A stretch of DNA of 63,835 bases, filler included, from Conidiobolus incongruus B7586 (lineage: Eukaryota), in the NCBI GenBank assembly GCA_000697335.1. It is 9 parts of 9 records of this genome, joined end to end, with 100 filler letters (N's around TTAATTAATTAA, not from the genome) between each part and the next. Parts side by side here need not be neighbours in the genome. Positions count along the whole stretch, not along the records: positions 36,319 to 60,875 come from JNEM01006577.1; positions 60,976 to 62,211 come from JNEM01006584.1; positions 62,312 to 63,835 come from JNEM01006594.1; 6 more parts are not named here. The stretch is one strand, 5' to 3'. The notes below the pieces were generated by a model. The model saw only the letters and a list, made by a program, of their open reading frames with translations. It did not search any database and was not told the origin of the DNA. Position numbers and translations under genes: made by a program. Below, in pieces: positions 53,169-63,835 of this stretch. The stretch's first letter is position 1; each line of letters opens with the position of its first letter.

Positions 53169-53868
53169 ATGAAACCTAGTGAATTTGACAAACAATATAA
53201 CAAAAACGAAAAAACTTTTAGAGACCCAAGATACCAATCCAGTTCCAAAGGTGGAGAAAGACAGAAACCTACTAAAAAATTGATTGATGACATTCCTGAA
53301 GATGAAAAATGGCGATTAATTAGAGAGAGTGGGGTATTAAATAAATTCCAAGATCACATGAAGGAGAAGAACGGTGAGCAACAGAGGGGAAGGATTGTCG
53401 AGGACGACCCCGTCGAACCCGATTATATTTTCGAAGCTATCTTTTATTCGATTCCTTTTACAACTGCTTATTCCGTTTTTGAAATGATTGTCTTTCAGCA
53501 GTATCAGGAGCCTTACGGTTATAAGGATGCTCTTTGGTGTTTTGCGAAGACGTTTCCAGGTAAATTGGAATATACTATATTCATAATAATCTTTTTGACT
53601 AAATGATATTATAGTGTTATTAGGTTTAATCTACTACTCCAATCAATATCGCACTTACAGAATAGCTCAAGCTCTATTCATGGTGGGAGGCATATTCGCA
53701 GGTTGTAAGACCATAGGGCTCGTTAATGATACGCCTACATTTATGGAGATGCAGACGTGCGCTGGATTAGCGACCATGTGGATATATTTTATATTTCAAG
53801 CAGAGTTCGTCCCCTGTTTAATTGCTGTTCTCATTCCTGGTTTGTATTATTACTATACCAAATCATAA
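53169..53868 (+). CDS. Conserved fungal small multi-pass membrane protein of unknown function (214 aa; exons 53169-53559, 53615-53868)
   Basis: A GTAAAT..ATAG intron joins the two ORF-track ORFs in frame; DIPEDEKWRLIRESGVL, FQQY, LATMWIY and 4-5 hydrophobic segments. Confidence 0.8.
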
Positions 53869-54164
53869 ATTTTAACCTTTGTTTGATTATTTAAAGTTTT
53901 CATTTATAATCTGTAATTTCAATTTATTTATTTTAATCCTTTAAGAGTTTTAATAAAGCCTAATAATTTTAAATTTAAAAACTAATATCAACATAAAACT
54001 TAAAATTATTTATTATTGAAAAATGTAATTTATATAATTGTTAAGTGTATATTTTATACTTAAATATTTTAAACTGAGTGAATATTTTTAAATATTTTAC
54101 GATTATTAAATTATTGGAGAACAACTTATCTACAATAGAGGGGGAAAGGCAGAGACTGTGTGAT

Positions 54165-55594
54165 TTAAAGAATGTCTCCTAAACTTTCACCCATCTTAAT
54201 CTTTTGGCCTGCTTCAATATGGAATTGGAAGTTCTTAGGTGCTTCGAAGACAAGGACAACGGTTGAACCTAATTGGAAACCTCCAATTTCTTGACCGGAT
54301 TGGAGAGGGTAACCCTTGAGGAGAGAACTGACTTTTTGGTAGGATACTTCGGTATAAGTACCACGGTTGCGAACACGTTTTTGATTCGTTTTCAAATCTT
54401 CGTCGAAGTGAATCTTAATGGAACCGACGTTAGTGGCACCGACAGGAAGCATGGAGAAGAATCCATATCGCCATTTACCAACCAAAGCAACACGTTCGTT
54501 GAGAATGAAGAGATTCTGGAAATATTTGGCCATGAAAGGAGATACAGAGTAGAGTTCACCCGCGAAGTGACGTCTGGAATGGACGACCCAGTTGGAGGGC
54601 GAGTGGAAGCGGTGATAGTCACCAGGAGCAAGATAAATAACACAGAAAAATAACTTATGATCAGGTTTGAGGGTGTGCCATGAAGGGACGGGAGCAGCGG
54701 GTTCAGTTGCATTCTGATTAGAAGTTTCAATAGGTTGAGAAATTTCATTTCCTTCCAAAAGATCATCTAAAGAATAAGTAATGCCATTGACTTGAGCAAA
54801 TTCTTTTTCATCTGTATGAGCAAATGTTTTGGATTTAACAGCGTATTCTGTAGGGGAAGCAGGTTTACGACCTAACAGATCATCCAAAGAATAGGTAACA
54901 CCTTTAATTTGTTCAATTGTACTACCAACAACTTCACCAAAGTGTAAAACTCTACCATCAGCTGGACTGACAAGAGCGGATTTGGCAATAGGTCTTATAC
55001 CGTCCTTAAGTTCACGGAAAAAGAATGAAGAAAGATTAGGATAATGTTCAAGGACAGGATCTTTCATTTCATCTAAATTACAATTGAAAAACCAAGCATA
55101 TAATTTATAACCGGGGGCACGTAAAAAAGTTGGTAAAGTGATCTCATTAAAACGACCAAATAATCTAGAAAGTGATTTAAGAGGTAAGGCGGCATATGAT
55201 TGGAAATACCAAGGTCCTCTATAACGTGTAGGAGTAGATTCAGGATCTTCAACGGGTTGGTAGTAGAAAAATTTCCAAAAAGTGAGATAAGCAAGACCTA
55301 AGCCAATAGGAATGGGTGCCCATTTGATTGGACTTTTTAAACCATCTCTAAGTTTTTCTAATGAATAGTAAAATTAGTAAATGAAAAATGATCAAAAATT
55401 AATATAATACCTCTGAAACGTTTGCGTTCCTGACCATTGTTAGTTTGAGTGGTATAATTTTTTTGGGAGTAGGACTGTTTAGGTTGTCTGAAGATATTGG
55501 GGCGTCTAGTAGGACCCCTGCGCATAGGAAACCACATGGCTTGATTTTTTACAAGTGTGGGGCAATTAGTCAAAATCAGTCTAGAAGTCAACAT
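54165..55594 (-). CDS. PSD1: Mitochondrial phosphatidylserine decarboxylase proenzyme 1 (458 aa; exons 55594-55411, 55357-54165)
   Basis: Arg-rich presequence, WAPIPIGLG TM, LPLKSLSRLFG, FFFRELK, SPADG, YLAPGDYHRFHSP, NERV, GATNVGSI, autocleavage LGST; 53-nt intron in frame. Confidence 0.96.
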
Positions 55595-56945
55595 TTTGCA
55601 AGTTTTTATACTTTTTAGATTATATAGAAATCGTTAAATAATATTCGTTTGAGGATCTGATAAAATTAATTGGGAAATAATCAGCAAACCTCCTTAGATA
55701 AAGGATCAGTTTTGTAACTCAATTAGTAATGGTCGAAATATATCAGAAAGCACAATCTGTTTCTTGTAAAACTTCGAATTCAACAAATTAAATTATTTTG
55801 AATTGGATAGTGTCGATATTTGTGGGATTCCAATGTTGCTCACTGATCACCAAAATTGAAGTCTTCTTATCAAATAACCTGCACTTAAATATGAACGTGT
55901 TTCTTTAGTTTCTTTAGCTTGATGATCAATTTACAAAAATTTATTTATTTACTATTTTCACGCTTAAGAAAAATTTCTTGTTCAAATTTATTAAATTACC
56001 AGATATTAATAATTCCCAAATAAATGATAAATTATGCTTTAATGTTCGAAGATGCAACTATTTAATTTAACATAGATTTGTATTGTGACAAGCTTTTTGT
56101 ATAAAAAATTAAATTCTTTTTTTATTAATTTCATTAAAGATATTCATTCTAATACTAGATTTAATAGATTAATAATCTCAATTCAATTTTATCACCAAAT
56201 ATAATTACTCCAAAATTCATTCAACCAATCATTATTTGAAAAGAAAAAGAATCGCTTAATAGTAATATTGTCATTTCCATATAGTTCGGATTATACTAGT
56301 TCCCATTTGGAAAAAATATTTTTCTTAATTCCTTTAAATTGCTCTATAACTGTTGAAGTATTCTTATGATAAATGTAATTGACTTTCAATCGTGCAATAT
56401 TGCTCGGATAAATACTTTTTTTTCAATTTAAAAAACTTTACAATATCCCACTATTTTGTCATTTTACAAATAGTTTATTCCTAAATTTTTTAAAAATTTT
56501 CAAAAATAAACACATCAAATGTTCTTCTTGGCACAAAAATGGAGCTTTAAGATGAAAATTATTTTCTATATATTATATATTTTTCTCAGATCAAAATCAA
56601 TTTATAATTTCTACTGGATATGTTCACTGTATAATATATAATTTACCTTAATTATCCACCAATTTTATAGCCTTGATAAGAAATAGTTAATTAATTTTGA
56701 ACAAATATAAAAGCATGTTCATATTAAATATAAACTTGGTTCGTGATTAAAAAACTGTACACTTTGATCAATACAATAGTTAACAAATAGCAATAATTCA
56801 AAGATTGTAAGGTTTTGAACAATGGAGATGTTTAAACCTGATTTGCATTTAATAAATGCAATAATCAATATATATATATAATTTCTTGATCCTTGACGAT
56901 TTTTTATATTTTGAAAATTTCTCATTTCAATAAAATTTTATCATA

Positions 56946-57437
56946 ATGACCGATAAATTTACAAAAAATGACTATGCAATGAATGCTAAGATATCCACAA
57001 ACAGTATCACTACAACTAATCAATCAATCTTTGATTACAAATTTGAACCTCAAGAAGATTTAGTATTTATCAATAACGAGATTGAAAAATATCAAATTGA
57101 ATTTGAGAATAAATTTCAAGGTAGTTTGATTGTATTATAATATTCATTGATATTGCTTTAAAATATAATTTTCAAATAGAAATATTTGAATCTTTAAGCC
57201 AGGAATTAAATGAAATTTACGAAAAGTTTAATTCCATAATTAATTCAATATTTGAACAGGCAAAATTAAATACTAGAAATAAGATCAATACAATTAATGA
57301 GTTGAAAATGAAAAGAGGTAAAGTAATCTTTTATTATTTTTATTCTAATAATTCATTATAAAATAGAAGAATTGACCAATTCTTTATTTAAAATGAAAGA
57401 GGCAGTAGATGCTTCATTTGATAAAATAGGAAAATAA
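56946..57437 (+). CDS. Uncharacterised small coiled-coil protein (127 aa; exons 56946-57120, 57180-57317, 57367-57437)
   Basis: Two canonical introns give an open 384-nt CDS with an E/K-rich heptad pattern; no family recognised. Confidence 0.6.
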
Positions 57438-57551
57438 TATTACATCAAACTTTTAATGTTGGATGCAAAGTATATTATTATTTAATGATTTTATGAAATT
57501 AGGAAATATTTATACAACTTTAAAAATAAATGAAATTGCTTAGCTGTTCTA

Positions 57552-59131
57552 TTATAATAAACCTTCCATTTGCTTTAAGAACTCCTCGTAATCTTTCTGT
57601 GTTTTAGATTGTTTTGTATTTTGAGTAGTGATAGTAGGATTAGAAGGAGCTGGAGTATTGGTATCATCATCTTCATCATCTTCATCATCGCTAAATGTAG
57701 GAGCTGCATTGATCGTAGGTTTGAAAACTTTCATTGGAGCAGATAATGATGCTGATGGTTTGGATAGCGAAACACTGGTTTGATTCACGGTTGATTTGGA
57801 GGTAATATTTTTTCTTTTCAAAGTAGTTGGGACCATTGTAATCAATTCTTTTCGCAAATCTCTCAATTCAGGCTCAGCAGATATTATAGCAGGACCCTTA
57901 CTAGTACTAGATTCAGGGTTTGCCAGTGTCTCAAGGACTGATTTCGGTGCAGTGGTTGGTTTGGGTACATTAGGGTTCAGCTGAGGAGCTGATGAGTAAT
58001 GGGAACTGGTTAAAGCAGATGGCGGAGCTGGTCTATTAGGCCTTGGGTAATATGGAGGTCTTTGGTGCATAGGAGGTGGTGGAGGTGGGGGATAGTAATG
58101 AGGATATGGTGGCGGAGGATGAGCTCCCTGATATGGAGGACGCATGGGAGGTGGTGGCACAAATGGAGGATTCAGCTTATGAGTTGGAGGTGGGTTGGCT
58201 TTGGATTTTTGTTGTATTTTTGGAGGAAGTGGAACTGGGTTTGGTATTATTTTGGCTGAAATAGGAGGAGGGCCAGAAGGAAGCGGAGGTAATGAAATTG
58301 TGTCAGATCTTGAAATAGTCGATTTTTTGGATGTAGGTAAGATGGATTCAACTTGAGTTGCAGGAACATCTTCAAGTTTTCCTTGTCCTTCAACTTCGAT
58401 ATCTAGATGTATCGATCCATCTTCATCATCACTTTCGCTATCAGAATCTTCTTCACTTAATTCTTCTAGATAACTATCTCCAAGTGAATTTTGGCCGTAA
58501 TCTTCATATTGAGTCTCTGATTCATCAATATCTCCAGAATTCCCAATATGGCTCATATTTGTAACAGATGGAACATGTTGTCTAAGAATAAATTGGTCAA
58601 TATAAATATTAGCTAAATCGATTAAAATATAGTACCCTGACTTTAATAGGCCTTTTTCCTAAGTCAAATAAATCTAATTAATAAACAGTAAAATCCAAAA
58701 TCTAATATCCCATACCCTCTTTAATTCAATTGCTTTTTGTCTATTTTTAAGAACTTGTTCTAATTTGGCTTTGCCATTTTCATCTAATTGACCCTCTCTC
58801 TCTAAAGATAATTAGTAATGATGTTAATAATGAAAAAAAATAGTATACCTAATTTACGATATTTCCCAACCAAAATATCGAATTTTTTTAAATCAGTATT
58901 TAATAATTGTTGATTTTTCTGTTGAATTTTAGCCTCTTTATTCTAAATTAAAAATTTTAAGTATTCTAAAAAAAGTATTTATTAATTAAAATTTACTTTT
59001 TTCAATTCTTTTTTCCTTTGGTTTTTCCCTAAAATATTATAAATTAATATAAAAGAAATAAAATTGGCATTTTGATTTTTACTAAATGTATCCATAGGAT
59101 TCGCAGATAAATTATTACGACCTTTAGCCAT
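57552..59131 (-). CDS. WBP11: WW domain-binding protein 11-like splicing factor (437 aa, 6 exons)
   Basis: Exons 59131-59083, 59028-58997, 58942-58849, 58801-58716, 58658-58636, 58581-57552 sum to an open 1314 nt. N-terminal NPMDTFRKNQRKKELKKNK, acidic and poly-Pro regions, ISAEPELRDL, MVPTTLKRK, C-terminal DYEEFLKQMEGLL. Confidence 0.88.
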
Positions 59132-59749
59132 GATTAAAGTCTATTAACACAGCTTATTAATATTCAATTTCTCTAAATAATGGATTGTAAGGTTAATTGC
59201 TGATTTTTTATAGTTTACATGAATTGAATGTAATTCTAGGGAATTCAGATTAATTTATATTGGGTTGATAAATAATACAATTATGGGATTTTTTTTGAAA
59301 TTAGTTTTTTGAAACTAACCTATTTAGTCAATTAAATATGATGTATTGGAAACATTTTCAATCATATATTATTTATCTTACAATTACTTTCCAAACTAAA
59401 GTTAACTTAGTCAAATCTATATATATTCACAATATAAATATTTAATTTTATTAATATACAAAATAAAAGAATGATTAGATATTATTATATGAAATATCTC
59501 AGGTTAAAATCATTTAATAGCTAAAATGACAATAACATTGAATATATTTTTAATTTAGTAATAGATGAATATTTAATTTTAAACCATATTTGACAGATTG
59601 TTGATTTAAAATATTTTCAAAAAATTTGTGAGTGTTTAAATTCTATTTAAATTAATGTAATTTAATGAATCCTCTATTGGATTTAATATTGGATGATATC
59701 AATAAAGTCATAAGTGAAGTTCAATTAAGATAAAAAAATAATAACTCAA

Positions 59750-60070
59750 ATACTTACTGATTGCATATATTATTGCTATCATCATCTTGATATAATAATT
59801 GATGACCTCTTGATAAGTTGAATTGATTCACTATTCCAATATTATTATCTGAATTAATAAAAGATAGATACTGATTCGAAGAATTTCCCATTAGGTCAAT
59901 CAACTTAATATTAACTATATGATGTTATTAAATTTTAATACAAGTAGTAGATAAATTATATGCTACTTACCATTTGATGATAATCCCAATAATAAAAATT
60001 GTTTTGGAGGTAATAAAGTTTTTCTTGTATATAAAAAATAAATTGTCAACAATTTACCTTTTCTAAATAA
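59750..60070 (-). pseudogene. Possible decayed exons of a WD40-like gene
   Basis: Exon-like segment LIDLMGNSSNQYLSFINSDNNIGIVNQF...DDDSNNICN bounded by AG and GTAAGT; flanking exons not reconstructable. Confidence 0.2.
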
Positions 60071-60324
60071 TAAGATTAAGTAATATTTTTAAATAGACTT
60101 AGATAACATCTGAATCACTATATATTAATGATGAGTTAATAAACAAGTTGTTATAATTTTGAAAGTTATTATAACAATTTTAATTATTGAGCTGTGACAA
60201 TCAATTATTGATAAATATTAGTTTGAGTAATACTCCTGAACAGTGTAAATTGTTAAATAATATCAATAATATTAAATTAAATATAATTTAAAATATCTAT
60301 AAGTAATTAAGTGATTAATTTATT

Positions 60325-60875
60325 TATTACTTTGTAATTTAAATAATGGGAATTTTTTGTGATTGAAAAAAAATAAACATTTTAATTTATAAAAAGTAAA
60401 AATAATTATATAATATATAATTAATAATTTCTTTTATTTCTAATAACTTTTTACTATACTTTTGGTAAAGATCTAACACCTAAAAGATAGTTTTTTTTAT
60501 TAAAGACTAAAATTTAATGTTTTATAAACCAATTAAATTTTTCTGTAGAAATTTTCTTTCTTACAAGCTGGTTTTTTAATTGCTTAAAGCAATTATAATT
60601 ACATAAGTTATAATCTAAAGAGTATACTAGATAAGGTAGTTTTTTCCAGTTATTTTTAATTAGAAAGTTTTTTACAACTTTAGATTTATATATTTTATAA
60701 TTATTATATAAAATAATATGTTTTTTTAAATTATATTAAGAATACTAATTAAAAATAATTTTATTTAAAAAAAAATATAAAGTTTATTATTAATTGATTT
60801 TTTTTAAAAACTAAATAAAAATAACATATGCTATTATAATTTATTACAATAATTAAAATTTGCTTATTAATAAAA
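60325..60875 (-). mobile_element. Degenerate mariner-like DD34D element, 3' part with TIR
   Basis: Single frame ...HIILYNNYKIYKSKVVKNFLIKNNWKKLPYLVYSLDYNLCNYNCFKQLK...LGVRSLPKV**KVIRNKRNY*. Reverting transitions gives LHDN...HPxYSPDYNPCDY with 34 residues between the inferred Asp positions. TIR TATTACTTTGTAATTTAAATAATGGGAATTTTT at 60325. Confidence 0.82.
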
Positions 60876-60975
60876 NNNNNNNNNNNNNNNNNNNNNNNNN
60901 NNNNNNNNNNNNNNNNNNNTTAATTAATTAANNNNNNNNNNNNNNNNNNNNNNNNNNNNNNNNNNNNNNNNNNNN
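60876..60975. other. Artificial 100-nt contig linker
   Basis: N44-TTAATTAATTAA-N44. Confidence 0.97.
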
Positions 60976-62074
60976 TGTGCTATGCTTCTTGAATATATTC
61001 TTAAAGTTGATTTAAATTTTTTACTGGGGGGAAAGCTTTAATAGCTTTTTTTAACTAATCCTAAAGGTGTTTAATTAGATTAAAGTTAAAAGATTAAAGA
61101 AACCACTTTATAACTATTATCTTATTATTTTTAAGCTATTTAATAATAAAAGTTATAGTATAGCAAGAAACATTATCTTACTAGAAAATAACATCAGATT
61201 TATTTAACCTATATTATTCAATGGTTTTTTTCAATTTATTATTTAGAATACTTTAGTACATTTTAGTATTAATTCCCCTATTAACTTTATAAAGATACCT
61301 TACATTTAAAGATAATATACATCCTCAAACAATAATTAACCCACTATTATACTTTTGGGTAGAATTAACATAATGGTTATAAAGTAGTTCTGTATCTTTT
61401 TTGAAGCATCTAGCTTTTTTATTAAATCTACTAAAGTATATTTTTGTTTCATTAGATTAAATAACCTTACTTTAATTAGTTTTAGTTTAATATTATTAGT
61501 GATATTTAAACTCCCACCTAGTTTTATAATGGGATTTCTTTAGGTAGGGGTGTTTTTTCTTAAAGTGTAAGTAGTATCTATGTTGATATAAAACACATAT
61601 AATAGTATCAGTATTAACTAATATTCTTATATAGTTTTATAGTTTCTGTTATATTTTTACAGTAGTATTATATTTACCTATATTAACTAACCTACAAATA
61701 TATTTCTTATTATATTCATCTATAATTTTAACACACTTAAGTTTAAGTTTAAATGTTTCTTTATTGTTATTCTTAATAGTTTTAGCTATAGTAGACTAAC
61801 TAACACTAGTAATTCTAACAATATCACAAGTTGATTTACCTTCTTTATAAAGTTAATTAATATATAAGTAGATTTTTTTAGAGAGGGATTTAGGTATAAT
61901 AATACTAATAAAAAAATTTAATATATCTGTAAAATATTATATAAAATAATAGCAAAGAGAGAAAAGAGATATAGTTATATATTGTTAAATATATCCCTTT
62001 ATCTTAAAAACTTGCAAATTTATAACTCACCTTGGTTAAATATTAAAGGTTAATATTTTTGCTAATAGTTTACT
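60976..62074 (-). mobile_element. Tc1-like (DD34E) transposon copy 1, inactivated, 3' end cut by gap
   Basis: Colinear with 62685-63783 at a constant offset of 1709; start codon ATA at 61897; retains VWGCI, F**DN and IKHL* motifs. Confidence 0.9.
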
Positions 62075-62211
62075 AAATATATCTAAATATATTTATTTAT
62101 TATTAAATAATATACCTTAATTATATATTATAGTTTCAAGTAATCTAATATATATAATTGTTTTAGTTATTAATTAAAATATATATATTTTTGATTTTAT
62201 AACTTACTTTT

Positions 62212-62311
62212 NNNNNNNNNNNNNNNNNNNNNNNNNNNNNNNNNNNNNNNNNNNNTTAATTAATTAANNNNNNNNNNNNNNNNNNNNNNNNNNNNNNNNN
62301 NNNNNNNNNNN
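62212..62311. other. Artificial 100-nt contig linker
   Basis: N44-TTAATTAATTAA-N44. Confidence 0.97.
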
Positions 62312-62508
62312 TTATAATCTATTTGATTATAATTATTTATATAATTAAAAAATATCTCTATACTAACCTATAAAAGTAAGTCATAAAATCAAAAACACTT
62401 ATATTTTTACTAATAATTTAATTAATATTTAATAAAACAAACCTAAATTAAATAATAAAATCTATTATATTTATTTATTATATATATCATTAAATGATGA
62501 TATTTAGC

Positions 62509-63783
62509 TATTAATTGGCTAAAATATAAACTCTTAAATTTTACCTAGGGTGAGTTATAGATTTATAGGTTTTTGATGATAAAAAAAAATTAAAACCTAG
62601 TGTATCTACCTTTAGCTTTTCTAACTTTTTTAAGTTTATAGGGTATAGAATCAATTAACTTCTTACACTAAAAAAGGTTAATCTTGTTCTATGCTTCTTA
62701 AACATATTCCTAAAGTTAATTTAAATTTTTAGCTAGGGGGAAAGCTTTAATAACTTTTTTTAATTAATCCCAAAAGTGTTCAATTAAATTAAAGTTAAAC
62801 AATTGAAGAAGCTACTTTATAACTGTTATCTTGTTATTTTTAAGATATTTGATAGTAAAAGCTATAGTATAGCAAGAAGTATTATCTTACTAGAAAATAA
62901 TATCAGATTTATTTAACCTATATTATTCAATGGTTTTTTTTAATTTATTGTTTAGAATACTTTAGTACATCTTAATATTAATTCCCTTATTAACTTTATA
63001 AAGATACCTTATACCTAAAGATAATATATATCCCTAAATAATAATTAACTTATTATTATACTTTTGGGTAGAATTAATATAATAGTTATAAAGTAATTCT
63101 ATATCTTTTTTAAAACATTTAGCTTTTTTATCAGATTTACTAAAGTATATTTTTGTTTTATTAAACCAAATAACTTTATTTTAATTAATTTTAGTTTAAT
63201 ATTAATAGTAATATTTAAACTCCCATCTAGCTTTATAATGAGATTTCTTTAGTTAGGGGTGTTATTTCTTAAAGTATAAGTGGTATCTATGCTAATATAA
63301 AATATATATAATAATATTAGTGTTAACTAATATTATTATATAGTTTTATAATTCCTACTATATTTTTATAATAATATTATACTTACCTGTACTAATTAAC
63401 CAATAAATATACTTCTTATTATATTTATCTATAATTTTAACATATTTAAGTTTAAGTTTAAATGTTTCTTTATTATTATTCTTAACAACCTTAACTATAG
63501 TAGACTAGCTAACACTAGTAATTCTAGCAATATTATAAGTTGATTTATCTTCTTTATAAAGTTGATTAATGCATAAGTAGATTTTTTTAGAGAGGGATTT
63601 AAGCATAATAATATTAATAAAAATATTTAATATATCTATAAAATATTATATAAAATATCAACAAAAAAAGAAAAAAGATATGGTTATATATTGTTAAATA
63701 TATCCCCTTATTTTAAAAACCTATAAATTTATAACTTATCTTAGTTAAATATTAAAAGTTAATATTTTTGCTAATAGTTTACT
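62509..63783 (-). mobile_element. Tc1-like (DD34E) transposon copy 2, full-length, inactivated (transposase relic 63606-62590)
   Basis: ATG at 63606 to TAA at 62590 is 1017 nt in one frame. The two-copy consensus reads VIWSNETK, VWGC, IF**DNA, WLLQSFNFNLIEHLW (cf. IWSDETK, FQQDNA, WPPQSPDLNPIEHLW; D-34-E); C-terminus DSIP..VRKAKGRYTRF. Imperfect ~65-75 bp TIRs at ~62509-62575 and ~63715-63783. Confidence 0.92.
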
Positions 63784-63835
63784 AAATATATCTAAATATA
63801 TTTATTTATTATTAAATAATATACCTTAATTATAT

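Noticed and set aside
55630..56930. Moderately GC sequence upstream of PSD1, possible gene remnant
   Set aside because: All frames interrupted and no family motif recognised.

Overview
Very AT-rich eukaryotic DNA with short (~50-65 nt) GT-AG introns. The gene set (class IV chitin synthase, TOM5, YRB30-like, YGL242C-like, WBP11, YbeY relic, intronless F-box/LRR and class A-like 7TM genes) indicates a fungus, most plausibly an early-diverging one such as Zoopagomycota/Entomophthoromycotina (inference). The window is nine contigs joined by eight artificial 100-nt N-TTAATTAATTAA-N linkers, so adjacency across gaps is not guaranteed. Intact genes: GH20 beta-N-acetylhexosaminidase, patatin, F-box/LRR, transaldolase, 7TM receptor, an SxIP-motif disordered protein, HDHD3-like HAD, TOM5 (absent from the ORF track), ankyrin protein, IMP2, YRB30-like, chitin synthase, a small membrane protein, PSD1, a small coiled-coil protein and WBP11. 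Pseudogenes include GH20 and F-box tandem paralogs, a PBP2/Ca3427-like gene and YbeY. The main hidden signal is that several apparently featureless AT-rich stretches are DNA transposons destroyed by C>T/G>A transitions. Two colinear Tc1 (DD34E) copies keep a 339-codon indel-free frame but are full of Trp/Gln-to-stop changes, and seven fragments of a mariner (DD34D) family show the same pattern. This looks like a RIP-like repeat-directed hypermutation system in a lineage where, to my knowledge, RIP is not established.
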